Shown: positions 1 to 8,525 of the stretch, one piece after another | Position numbering within the stretch: the stretch's first letter is position 1 | Layout: each line of letters starts with the position of its first letter | Assembly: GCA_037444405.1 (NCBI GenBank) | Contig: JBBIML010000010.1 | Span: forward strand, 96,001 to 160,000 | Direction of reading: 5' to 3' | Source of the DNA: Armatimonadota bacterium | GTDB lineage: Bacteria; Armatimonadota; Fimbriimonadia; Fimbriimonadales; GBS-DC | DNA: 64,000 bases | Translations under genes and position numbers: made by a program | Notes under the pieces: generated by a model | Told to the model about the DNA's origin: nothing | Seen by the model: the letters and a program-made list of their open reading frames with translations, nothing else | The model's database searches: none

Positions 1-1242
1 GCCGCTGATGATGAAGTCCTGCGCGGTTGCAAGTTCGTGCAGGTAGAGCGTGGCGACGGGCGTGGTGGGGAAGAAGCGGGCGTTGGGGCTGTCCACCAGG
101 TCCAGAAACTTCGCGTAGCCGCGCTTCCAGATTTCATCGGGCGAGCGGGGCGTGCGCAGGCGTGGATTGCGCAGCACACGCCGAATGTTGGGGATGCCGT
201 GCATCGTCTCGGCGAACAGCACCTGCGCCTCCTCGCTCTGCATCCAGACAAAAAAGTGCCACGCCTCGCGCGGATGCTTCGATTCACGCGGGATGCAGAA
301 CATGTTCTGCCCAATCCAGGTGGGGCGCTGCAGGTGCGGCTTACCAGCGGGATAGGGGATGGGCGCCACATCGTAGGGCACATGGGGCGCGTACTTCTGG
401 AACCAGTAGGGGTTCCACTGCCCGTTGATCATCATGGCGATTTTGCCGAGAAAGAAGGGGTTGTTTGTGCCCTGTTCGTTGCCGAAGCCGGCGGTGAACG
501 CCTGCACGCGCCGCCCACCGCCCATCGCCTCAATCAGCGCCCGATAGTAGCGCGCCGCCTCCAGATTCACGGGATGGTCGGCAGTAATAGCGCCCGTTTG
601 CGGGTCCACAAACTGCCCACCGAACGCGCCGATAATGAAGGTGAGTTCAGGCGGGCGCATGCCCAGCACGCGAATCTCGCCCGTCGAATCGCGCAGGGTC
701 AGCTGGCGAGCATACATCAGCATCTCTTCTAAAGTGCGTGGCGGGCGATGGGGCGGCAAGCCCGCCCGGCGAAACAACGACGGGTTCCAGAAGAGCGCCT
801 GCGCATCCAGCAGATAGGGCATCGAGTAGAGCCGACCCTGATAGCGTCCCTGCTCCAGCGCGGCGGGGATGAAGTCCGATTCGCGCAGCCCCGATTCGCG
901 GAACCACTCATCTAAAGGCAGCAGCGCGTTATTGGCAGCGAGCGGCGCAAGATAGCCTGGCTCGCGCAGGGTGAAAAAGTCGGGCGGTGCGCCTGCCACA
1001 ATCGCGCGGATGATTTTGGTATCCTCGACGGCTCCCAGATTTTCAAGGTAGAGGGGTGGGTTCAGGCGCGGCGCCACATGGCGGTTGAAATAGTCCACCA
1101 CGCCCTGAAACACGCGCTCCTCGTCGCCGCTCCACATGCTCCACACTCGCAGGATGGTGCGCCCGTTGCGCTTCTCGATGCGCCCTGCGCACCCGCTCAG
1201 CACCATCGCCAGCCCAGCACCCGCCTGCCAGCCGATTCGCAT
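1..1242 (-). CDS. ABC transporter sugar-binding lipoprotein (runs off the window start)
   Basis: Not in the ORF track; my translation from the ATG at 1242 gives MRIGWQAGAGLAMVLSGCAGR... with a lipobox (LSGC) and family-1 solute-binding motifs (AIVAGAPPDFF, LLPLDEW, YQGRLYSMPY..DAQALFWN). Directly downstream of a LacI-type regulator. Confidence 0.85.
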   Translation of the reverse strand, partial: MRIGWQAGAGLAMVLSGCAGRIEKRNGRTILRVWSMWSGDEERVFQGVVDYFNRHVAPRLNPPLYLENLGAVEDTKIIRAIVAGAPPDFFTLREPGYLAPLAANNALLPLDEWFRESGLRESDFIPAALEQGRYQGRLYSMPYLLDAQALFWNPSLFRRAGLPPHRPPRTLEEMLMYARQLTLRDSTGEIRVLGMRPPELTFIIGAFGGQFVDPQTGAITADHPVNLEAARYYRALIEAMGGGRRVQAFTAGFGNEQGTNNPFFLGKIAMMINGQWNPYWFQKYAPHVPYDVAPIPYPAGKPHLQRPTWIGQNMFCIPRESKHPREAWHFFVWMQSEEAQVLFAETMHGIPNIRRVLRNPRLRTPRSPDEIWKRGYAKFLDLVDSPNARFFPTTPVATLYLHELATAQDFIISG

Positions 1243-1245
1243 GAG

Positions 1246-2340
1246 CTACCCATTTACCATCGCTACCGATTCGCGGACCACAAGCTCCAGAGGCAGTCGT
1301 TCTTGGAACGGTTCGGGCGGTTGACCGCGGATGAGCTGGAGCATTTTGCGCACGGCGCAGATGCCCATCTCCTCCAGTGGCTGGCGGAAGGTGGTCAGCG
1401 GCGGCACGGTGAAGGCGGCAGAGGGCGGGTCATCAAAGCCCAGCACCGACAGCTGCTGCGGCACCGCCACGCCCGACCCATGCGCCGTCTGTAAAGCCGC
1501 CAGCGCCAGATAATAACCGCCTGCAAAAACGGCGGTGGGTCCGTTCGGCAGGCGGATCAGCGTGCTGAGTCCCTCGCGCACGGCGTCGTCGAAATCGTCA
1601 GCGTAGGGCGTGATGAAGGTCCAGATATGCTCTTTGGGGATGCCCGCCTCTTGCAGGGCGTCGCGAAAGCCGCGCCAGCGGTCGCGCGAGTTGAAAGTTT
1701 CCAGCGCGGCGAACAGTCCCACAAAGCGTCGATGCCCGTGCTTTAGCAGATAGCTCACACCTTCCCGCGCTGCGGCGTAGTTATCGGTGTCCACAAAAGG
1801 CAGCGCCCAGTTGTCCGCGCTGGCGCCCACAACCACCACTGGCACACCTCGCGCGTAGAGCTGCTCCAGCCACGCGATATGCTCGGCGGTGGGCGCAATG
1901 GCGAGGATGCCCACCAGCTCCGAGGAGCGCAGCTCGCGCTCCACCAGATCGAACTGATAATCGTGCCATATCGTGCGGATGCCCGACGCCGCCAGCTCGG
2001 TGTGGATGCTGCGGTGCAGCGCACCGAAATAGAAATCGGCGGTCTGGCGTGTCGCCGCGCCAATGCCCAGCACCAGCAGGGTGGTGGCGGCTTGCAGCAG
2101 GTGCGCGGGAAGTTCGCGAGCGACGATTGTGCCCACGCGCCGCTTGCGAATCAGCACGCCCTCACGCGCCAGCCACTGCAACGCCCGACTCACCGTCAGT
2201 GGGCTGACCTTGAGCTGGGCTGCCAGATCGCGCTCCGGCGGCAACACATCGCCCGGGCTCCAGCGCCCACATGCAATCTGGCGCTCCACCCACTGCTTCA
2301 CCTGCACATAACGCGGCAACTCCTCGTTCAGTTTCAGCAC
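1246..2340 (-). CDS. GntR-HTH / LacI-type sugar-binding transcriptional regulator
   Basis: N-terminal GntR wHTH (LPPERDLAAQLKVSPLTVSRAL); C-terminal periplasmic-binding-like domain (VDTDNY, LSVLGFDD, PPLTTFRQP). Confidence 0.9.
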   Translation of the reverse strand: MLKLNEELPRYVQVKQWVERQIACGRWSPGDVLPPERDLAAQLKVSPLTVSRALQWLAREGVLIRKRRVGTIVARELPAHLLQAATTLLVLGIGAATRQTADFYFGALHRSIHTELAASGIRTIWHDYQFDLVERELRSSELVGILAIAPTAEHIAWLEQLYARGVPVVVVGASADNWALPFVDTDNYAAAREGVSYLLKHGHRRFVGLFAALETFNSRDRWRGFRDALQEAGIPKEHIWTFITPYADDFDDAVREGLSTLIRLPNGPTAVFAGGYYLALAALQTAHGSGVAVPQQLSVLGFDDPPSAAFTVPPLTTFRQPLEEMGICAVRKMLQLIRGQPPEPFQERLPLELVVRESVAMVNG

Positions 2341-2568
2341 CGCTGTCCTCTCCGTTATACCCGTGCGTGAAACAGGGTTATTATACTCGCTCCAGCGCTC
2401 TCCTCTTGGCAGAACCGATTCTGCCGCCCGATGGCGGGGAAATGCCCCCGAATCTTGAAAACGGCTGTCCGCTTTTTGACCCTTTTTGAGTCATTAAAGA
2501 GTGGACGACCTCTGCCACAGAGACGCTATAGAATGGGTTGTTCAGAAAACTATCAGGAGGTGTGCGCT

Positions 2569-3246
2569 ATGAGACGATACGCGGTTCTCGGAATCGCCCT
2601 GGTGGCGATTGTGGCAAACGCTCTGGCGTCAGGCTGGACGGTGCATGTGTCACGAAGTGAGGGTCAGCTGTTTCCAGGCGGTGGGGTCACGCAGGTGCCC
2701 TATACCGTCGACGGTCTGGGTCCCTTCACCGGTCCCAACACGGTGAACACCGGTGTGCTGCCTAAAGTGACCTTCTTGACCGCAGCCAGCTCCCCACCAA
2801 TGATTGTGGGCGATGGCACGACCTTCACCAACGGCACCTTCACCGCTGTTTACACCATCACCACCGACAAGACCCCGCTGACCGGGTTCAACTTCGTTGT
2901 CTTCGGCTTTGTGCAGGACTTCGGTCAGATTTTCTGGAGCAAGAAGGTCGTCGATCTGAACACAAGCGAAGTGCTGTTCCTGGGCACCTGGGTGTTCAGC
3001 GGGGATGGCTACCCCGGCGGCGCGGACGGAGCCTTCCAGAAAACGGGCTTCTTCCCGCTGTCCACGCCATCCAGCAACATCCTGGTGATCGAGACCTTCT
3101 TCCTGCACATCGATGGGGCGCAGGCGCCGGGTCCGTCCACCGTGACATTGGGGCTGGTCGAGCAGGACTGGGTGCCGGAGCCGGCGAGTTTGCTGGCGCT
3201 GGGCGTCGGTCTGGGCGGTCTGCTGTTGCGCCGCCGCATGAAATAG
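2569..3246 (+). CDS. PEP-CTERM sorting domain protein
   Basis: AGGAGG before the ATG at 2569; signal peptide; C-terminus VPEPASLLALGVGLGGLLLRRRMK. Confidence 0.92.
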   Translation: MRRYAVLGIALVAIVANALASGWTVHVSRSEGQLFPGGGVTQVPYTVDGLGPFTGPNTVNTGVLPKVTFLTAASSPPMIVGDGTTFTNGTFTAVYTITTDKTPLTGFNFVVFGFVQDFGQIFWSKKVVDLNTSEVLFLGTWVFSGDGYPGGADGAFQKTGFFPLSTPSSNILVIETFFLHIDGAQAPGPSTVTLGLVEQDWVPEPASLLALGVGLGGLLLRRRMK

Positions 3247-3317
3247 TTCTCTCTATCTGAAACGGTGTGGTTTGACCATGCCTGTGGGCGACGCGGAAAG
3301 CGAATCAAACGCTGATT

Positions 3318-3340
3318 GAGGGGCGCATCCTGCGCCCCTC
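3318..3340. repeat. GC-rich hairpin (REP-like core, possible terminator) between convergent genes
   Basis: GAGGGGCGCA-TCC-TGCGCCCCTC perfect 10-bp stem abutting the comEC stop; shares the GGGGCGCA/TGCGCCCC core with the GTAG-type repeats. Confidence 0.55.
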
Positions 3341-4798
3341 TCACCATGTTCGGGTCTCCTCAACGGTTGGCTCCCGCGCCCAGATCAGCACCACTGCGTA
3401 AAACGCCATCACCAGCCACCACGGCAGCGATTCGATGCGCAGCGCGGGCCCCCACTCCGCGCCGAAGAGCATCGCCACCGCCTTCAGCCACGCGCACACG
3501 GCTTGTAGCGGCAATACGCCGATGCCCCCTGAAGTCCAGAAGAATCCACCCAGCGCCAGCATCAGATAGGCGGCAGGGGCAGCGAGCAGATTCGCAACAG
3601 GCGACAGCAACGACAGATAGCCGAAGTGATAGAGCTGAATCAGCCCGATACCCACCTGCGCACAGAGCGTGAGGGCGAACGCGGGCACAATCAGCCGCTC
3701 GCCCGCAATGCGCGCCCAGCGTGCGCGAACAAACAGCATCCAGCCCTGCCTTAGCAACCGCTCTACCCGACGATAAAAGAGCAGAATGAACAGCACCGCC
3801 GTAAACGAGTATTGAAAGCCCACCTCGAACAGCGCGTAGGGCGCGTAGAGCAGCCAGAAAGCGGCTGCCCAGCCCAGCGCGTTCAAACCGTCTGGCTCGC
3901 GGCGCAGGATGGGCGCCAGCAGATAGAGGCTCGCCATCGTCGCCGCGCGCACAATCGGCGGTCTCAGCCCCGCTAACAGCGCGTAGCCCCAGGCCGCCCC
4001 AATCAGCAACCCACTCCGCCAGCGAAAAGACGCTCGCAGGGCTATCAGCACGACCAACAGCATCTGCAACAGCATCGCCACATGCAGCCCCGAAGTGGAG
4101 AGCAGATGCCCAATCCCACTGCGCATGAACGCTTCTCGCAGCGGACGCGGGAAATCGCTCGCCGCACCCACCAGCATGCCCTCCGCGATTGCCGCATCGT
4201 CCGCAGGGAGACGCGAACGGAGTAGATTGCGCAGGGCGTAACGCCGCTCTATAAACCACCGCTGCCAGCTTGTCCGACTGGAGCGCACCACCCGAAACTG
4301 TGAATCGCTGTAGACGGTGGCGATGTAGAAGATTCGCCGCCGCTGCAGATGGCGCACCCAGTCAAATGGGATATTGGGCGGGTTGCGCGGCGTCCGCCAG
4401 CTCACCCGCGCGATAAACTCGTCCCCAAAATCGGGCGGATGGGCGACCGCATGCCGGAAATAGAGCAGCGCGTAGCCCTTCTCTGAACCCTCCACAAACG
4501 CGCAGAGCAGCCTGCCACCTGTGCGCGTCGGCTCGTGGCTGGCAATCGCTCTCAATCGCACCTCCGCAGGCAATCGAGAAGGGTTCACGGGCGCGACACG
4601 GCTCCAGCCATCATAGCGCCATCCGCCCAGAACCGCAGCCACAACAAAAAGCGTCCAGTGCGGTCGGATAAGAATCAGCAGCACGGCTCCTGACAGGCAG
4701 GCGATTGGCGGGAAAGAAAGTGCATTATGGAGCCATTCACGATAGGCGATGCCCAGCGACAGTCCCAGCGCCACCTGCAAGCCGACACGCGCCCGCAA
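3341..4798 (-). CDS. comEC: ComEC/Rec2 competence membrane protein (no C-terminal metallo-beta-lactamase domain); start uncertain
   Basis: GIGHLLSTSGLHV, PPIVRAATM, GFQYSF and SPVANLLA motifs of the Competence domain. I chose TTG 4798 to avoid a long overlap with the upstream gene. Confidence 0.88.
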   Translation of the reverse strand: MRARVGLQVALGLSLGIAYREWLHNALSFPPIACLSGAVLLILIRPHWTLFVVAAVLGGWRYDGWSRVAPVNPSRLPAEVRLRAIASHEPTRTGGRLLCAFVEGSEKGYALLYFRHAVAHPPDFGDEFIARVSWRTPRNPPNIPFDWVRHLQRRRIFYIATVYSDSQFRVVRSSRTSWQRWFIERRYALRNLLRSRLPADDAAIAEGMLVGAASDFPRPLREAFMRSGIGHLLSTSGLHVAMLLQMLLVVLIALRASFRWRSGLLIGAAWGYALLAGLRPPIVRAATMASLYLLAPILRREPDGLNALGWAAAFWLLYAPYALFEVGFQYSFTAVLFILLFYRRVERLLRQGWMLFVRARWARIAGERLIVPAFALTLCAQVGIGLIQLYHFGYLSLLSPVANLLAAPAAYLMLALGGFFWTSGGIGVLPLQAVCAWLKAVAMLFGAEWGPALRIESLPWWLVMAFYAVVLIWAREPTVEETRTW

Positions 4799-4824
4799 TA
4801 CTGGCGCCAGTTGAAAGCGGGTGC

Positions 4825-5412
4825 CTATTCGCGACAGATGAAGCACAGTCGCGCCGATTCGGTGTGCCACTCGCCGCATCGCTCGCACCGACGCCAGCCC
4901 ATCATTAGGCGCCACTTCTCGGAGCGCAAGGATGCCGCGCGTGCCCGATAGATTGCCGCGCGCAGGGACGGCTCCTCTATCACGGCAACACTGCGCTCTA
5001 ACGCTGCCTGCTCTTCAGGGGTGAGCTCGATATGCTCTGGCAAAATCTCACTCATGGAACCCTCATCCCCCAGCCTCCCTCTCCCCGAGCCTGGGGAGAG
5101 AGGAGCAAAATCGGGCAGTGGATTGCGCACCACGAACCGAATCTCCCTGAAGGCATCGATACCACATTCGGCATTAAGCCGCTCCAGCAGGGTTTCTTTC
5201 TGGAACTGCAGTTCCTGTGCCCAGGCGCTGCTTTTGACCGCGACCCAGAGCGTGCCGCCCTCCATGCGCAGCGGTCGCGCCGCCTGCGCAACGGTTTCAC
5301 CCGCTATCTGCGACCATGACAGCAGTGCGCGGCGTACCCGAAACTCGCGCTCGATGCCCAGCTGCTGCAACACGCTCCAGAGCCATCTACCCACAGGCTC
5401 AAAGCCGCTCAC
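4825..5412 (-). CDS. dciA: DUF721/DciA family protein with C-terminal Zn ribbon
   Basis: WSQIAGETVAQAARP...GTLWVAVKSSAWAQELQF signature; CERC...CFIC tail; typical position downstream of recF. Confidence 0.85.
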   Translation of the reverse strand: MSGFEPVGRWLWSVLQQLGIEREFRVRRALLSWSQIAGETVAQAARPLRMEGGTLWVAVKSSAWAQELQFQKETLLERLNAECGIDAFREIRFVVRNPLPDFAPLSPGSGRGRLGDEGSMSEILPEHIELTPEEQAALERSVAVIEEPSLRAAIYRARAASLRSEKWRLMMGWRRCERCGEWHTESARLCFICRE

Positions 5413-6532
5413 GATAAACCCTCCCGTTCTCGATGCGGAACAGCGTCGCCTCTTTCAGCCCGATCTCGTCCAGTGCGCCCAGATCGGTGCAGGTGAGAAA
5501 GGTCTGCACACGCGGCTGAAGGAACTGCACCAGCCGCATGCGCCGCTCCGGGTCCAGATCCGAAAACACATCATCCAGCAGGACGACAGGGCTTTCTTCG
5601 AGACGACCCTCCAGCAGAGGCACTTCAGCAAGGCGCAAACTGAGCGCACAGGTGCGTTGCTGACCCTGCGAGGCGAACAGGCGCGCGTCATGCCCGTCGA
5701 TGAGCATCAGAAAATCGTCGCGATGGGGTCCCACCAGCGTCATCCCGCGCCGGATCTCCTCCGATTCAACCTCCTGAAGGGACGACTGAAGGGCATACGC
5801 CCAATCCTGCTCGCTGAAGCTTGACCAGTTGTCCTCACTGCGCGGCAAGCCGGGCTGATAGAGGAGCTGGAAGACCTCCTTGCCGCCTGTGAGCGTGGTG
5901 TGAACGGGCGTGATGAAAGTTTGCAGTTGCTCAAGGAATCGGCGGCGTTCATCCATCAGGCGCGCGCCGTATTTGATGAGCTGCTGGCTCCATTCGGGCA
6001 GGCTCTCCAGGGTGGCGTGCCCCTCCAGATGCATGCGCAGCAGCGTGTTGCGCTGTTCCAGACAGCGACGATATTGCACCAGTGAATAGAGATAGCGATG
6101 GCTGATGAGGCTCAGCTCGCTGTCTAAAAAGCGGCGTCGCTCCGCAGGCTCGCCCCGAATCAGCAGCAAATCCTGCGCGGTGAAACAGACCACCTTCAAT
6201 CGCCCGATCAGCTCGCTCTGACGCGATACGGGCTGCTCGTTCAGCAACACCGTGCGTTTGCCCGATAGGGGAGTGTGTATCACCAGCTCATCTTCGATCT
6301 CATGCCGCAAAAAGCGCACCGAAAGAAAGGCTTCCGATTCGCCCCAGCGTATCAGGTCGCTCTCGCGCACGGGGCGCAACGGGCGAAAGGTGCTGGCGTA
6401 GTAAAGGGCTTCCAGCAAATTGGTCTTGCCCTGCGCGTTGGCGCCCACCAGCACATTCAGCCCCGCACCTGGCTCAATCTGCGCCTGTTCATAGTTCCGA
6501 AAGTTTCTTATACGCAGCTGACGCACCCGCAT
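5399..6532 (-). CDS. recF: DNA replication/repair protein RecF
   Basis: GANAQGKTNLLEA Walker A, GPHRDD, SQGQQR, LLDDVFSDLD. Confidence 0.97.
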   Translation of the reverse strand: MRVRQLRIRNFRNYEQAQIEPGAGLNVLVGANAQGKTNLLEALYYASTFRPLRPVRESDLIRWGESEAFLSVRFLRHEIEDELVIHTPLSGKRTVLLNEQPVSRQSELIGRLKVVCFTAQDLLLIRGEPAERRRFLDSELSLISHRYLYSLVQYRRCLEQRNTLLRMHLEGHATLESLPEWSQQLIKYGARLMDERRRFLEQLQTFITPVHTTLTGGKEVFQLLYQPGLPRSEDNWSSFSEQDWAYALQSSLQEVESEEIRRGMTLVGPHRDDFLMLIDGHDARLFASQGQQRTCALSLRLAEVPLLEGRLEESPVVLLDDVFSDLDPERRMRLVQFLQPRVQTFLTCTDLGALDEIGLKEATLFRIENGRVYRERL

Positions 6533-6587
6533 CTGTAGGTCCTGTGCTATGGTTCGACTTTTACAGGAGCCTTCCTGTCAGCAGGGG

Positions 6588-6901
6588 TTATCCACATCCT
6601 GCTTCGAGTTATCCACACGCAAGGTAGATTCTTCCCTATACATGCTTTAAGAGACTCTCATGTTAACCGGGCATTGTGGATATTGTGGATAACTCGAAGG
6701 CACTGACCGACTGTTCGAAAAATCAGCGGGCGGTTTTGAACTCAAAATCGCCCTCAGAATCGTCGAACAGAAGGTTATTTAGTGCAGCTAAAGAATGTGG
6801 ATAACTCTGTGGATAACCTGTGGATAACTTGTGGATAACTCTGGCGTTGAGAGGGCGATTCGGCACTTATCCACAGAGTTATCCACAGTGGTTGTGGATA
6901 A
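6588..6901. other. oriC: Probable chromosomal replication origin (oriC), DnaA-box cluster
   Basis: Perfect TTATCCACA/TGTGGATAA at 6588, 6609, 6684, 6796, 6808, 6819, 6830, 6867, 6879 and 6893, plus a 1-mismatch box at 6675. Non-coding, relatively AT-rich, and gene orientation flips here. Confidence 0.88.
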
Positions 6902-6961
6902 CTCCTCGCCTTACCCTTCCCACCTCCCGCGGGTACAATCCTTCTCTGGAGGTGGATTCCG

Positions 6962-8470
6962 ATGCGAGGGAGCCGATGGTTGTGTGGATTGGGTGGATTG
7001 CTGACAGGGATGGCGCTGCTGATGCTGCCAGCGAGGGCAGCCGACAACTCGCTTGTCTCCTCGACGCGCGAACAGGTCACGCTGACCATCTACGACCAGA
7101 ACTTCGCCCTTGTGAGTGAACAGCGTCCGCTAACGCTGAAGCAGGGGCTGAACGAGATAACGCTGCTGGAGGTTTCCCCACTGCTGGATACGCAGTCGCT
7201 GTTGTTGCAGTGGCTGGGTCGTCCGTCGCCAATGCCAGAAATCGTCGCGCACACCTACGATCTGGGCATTCAGAACAGCAATTTGCTGCTGCAGCGCTAT
7301 GTTGGCAAGCGCGTGCAGGTGGTTCGCTACGGTCAGGATGGTCGTCCAGCGGGTGTGCTGGAGGGCATATTGCTCAGCGCCGAGAACGGTCAGCTAGTGC
7401 TGGATGCGACGGAGACATCATTCGTTGCTGCTCTGGCGCCGGACTTACTCCAGCGCGCTCTCTATGTGAACCCTGAAGGCACGCTGCGCCTGCCGATGGA
7501 GCCGGGCACGCCGTTGCTGCCTGCCCTGCGCCTGCAGATTCATGCGCCTGCGGACAGCAGCGCCACGCTGACACTGAGCTACCTCACGGGCGGGCTAGAC
7601 TGGGACGCCGATTATATCGCCATCCTGCGCGGGGAGAATGCGCTGCGCCTGGAATGCTGGGCGACCGTCACGAACCAGACGGGGCTGGCGTTCCGCGAGG
7701 CGCGGGTGAACCTCGCCACAGGCGTGGCAGCGCCGCTAATGGTGCAGACAGCGCAAATTCGGTTGGGCTGGCGTGAAGAAGAGCGCATGATGGCGGGCTA
7801 TGCATTCGGGACAGCCAGAGGGCGGCATATAGAGGCGCAGCCGCTCGGCGAGGTCTACTCGTACCCGATTCGGCGCACGGTCTCCATCGACGACGCGCGT
7901 CAGAGCCGCCTGCTGTTGCACGAGGCGGGTCAGGTACCTGTCCAGAAGCGTTATCTCTATCGCGCGCCGACGCTGGGGGCGGGCGGTGCATCCTACATCG
8001 GCAAGGAGGTGCGTCGTAACAGCGCCGAAGTCTCGCTCGTGCTGGAAAACCGCAAGGAGCATGGGCTGGGCATCCCGCTGCCGAACGGAAGCGTGCGCCT
8101 GTATGAGACCGACGCGCAGGGCGTGCCGCGCTATCTCGGCACCGCTCAACTGCCTGCCACGCCCGTCAACCAGAAAATCACGCTCACCGTCGGGCAGGCG
8201 TTCGACATCACAGGCGAGTGGCAACCCCTACGCCAGACCGCGCGCGGCAGGGGCAGAGTGGAGTACGAGGTGCAACTCACACTCCGCAACGCCAAAAATC
8301 GCCCCGTGCAGGTGCGGGTCGTTCAGCCCTTCAACGGCGGCTGGACAATCCTGAAATCCAGCCATTCCTATACCCGCGCGTCGGCGACCGCTGCCCAGTG
8401 GGCGCTGACTGTGCCAGCGAACGGCGCATTACAACTGCGCTTCACAGCAGAAGTGCGCGCCCTGCAATAG
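6962..8470 (+). CDS. DUF4139/DUF4140 family secreted protein
   Basis: Signal peptide; LTIYDQNFALVSEQR, LSYLTGGLDWDADY, GLGIPLPNGSVRLY motifs. Confidence 0.8.
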   Translation: MRGSRWLCGLGGLLTGMALLMLPARAADNSLVSSTREQVTLTIYDQNFALVSEQRPLTLKQGLNEITLLEVSPLLDTQSLLLQWLGRPSPMPEIVAHTYDLGIQNSNLLLQRYVGKRVQVVRYGQDGRPAGVLEGILLSAENGQLVLDATETSFVAALAPDLLQRALYVNPEGTLRLPMEPGTPLLPALRLQIHAPADSSATLTLSYLTGGLDWDADYIAILRGENALRLECWATVTNQTGLAFREARVNLATGVAAPLMVQTAQIRLGWREEERMMAGYAFGTARGRHIEAQPLGEVYSYPIRRTVSIDDARQSRLLLHEAGQVPVQKRYLYRAPTLGAGGASYIGKEVRRNSAEVSLVLENRKEHGLGIPLPNGSVRLYETDAQGVPRYLGTAQLPATPVNQKITLTVGQAFDITGEWQPLRQTARGRGRVEYEVQLTLRNAKNRPVQVRVVQPFNGGWTILKSSHSYTRASATAAQWALTVPANGALQLRFTAEVRALQ

Positions 8471-8525
8471 GCAGGAGTTTCGTGCCATGAATCGAACAAC
8501 CGTTCGATGCAGGAGGTGAGTACCA

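Noticed and set aside
6796..6838. Tandem TGTGGATAAC repeats as a CRISPR array or satellite
   Set aside because: Units are 11-12 bp DnaA boxes with no unique spacers; no cas genes in the window.
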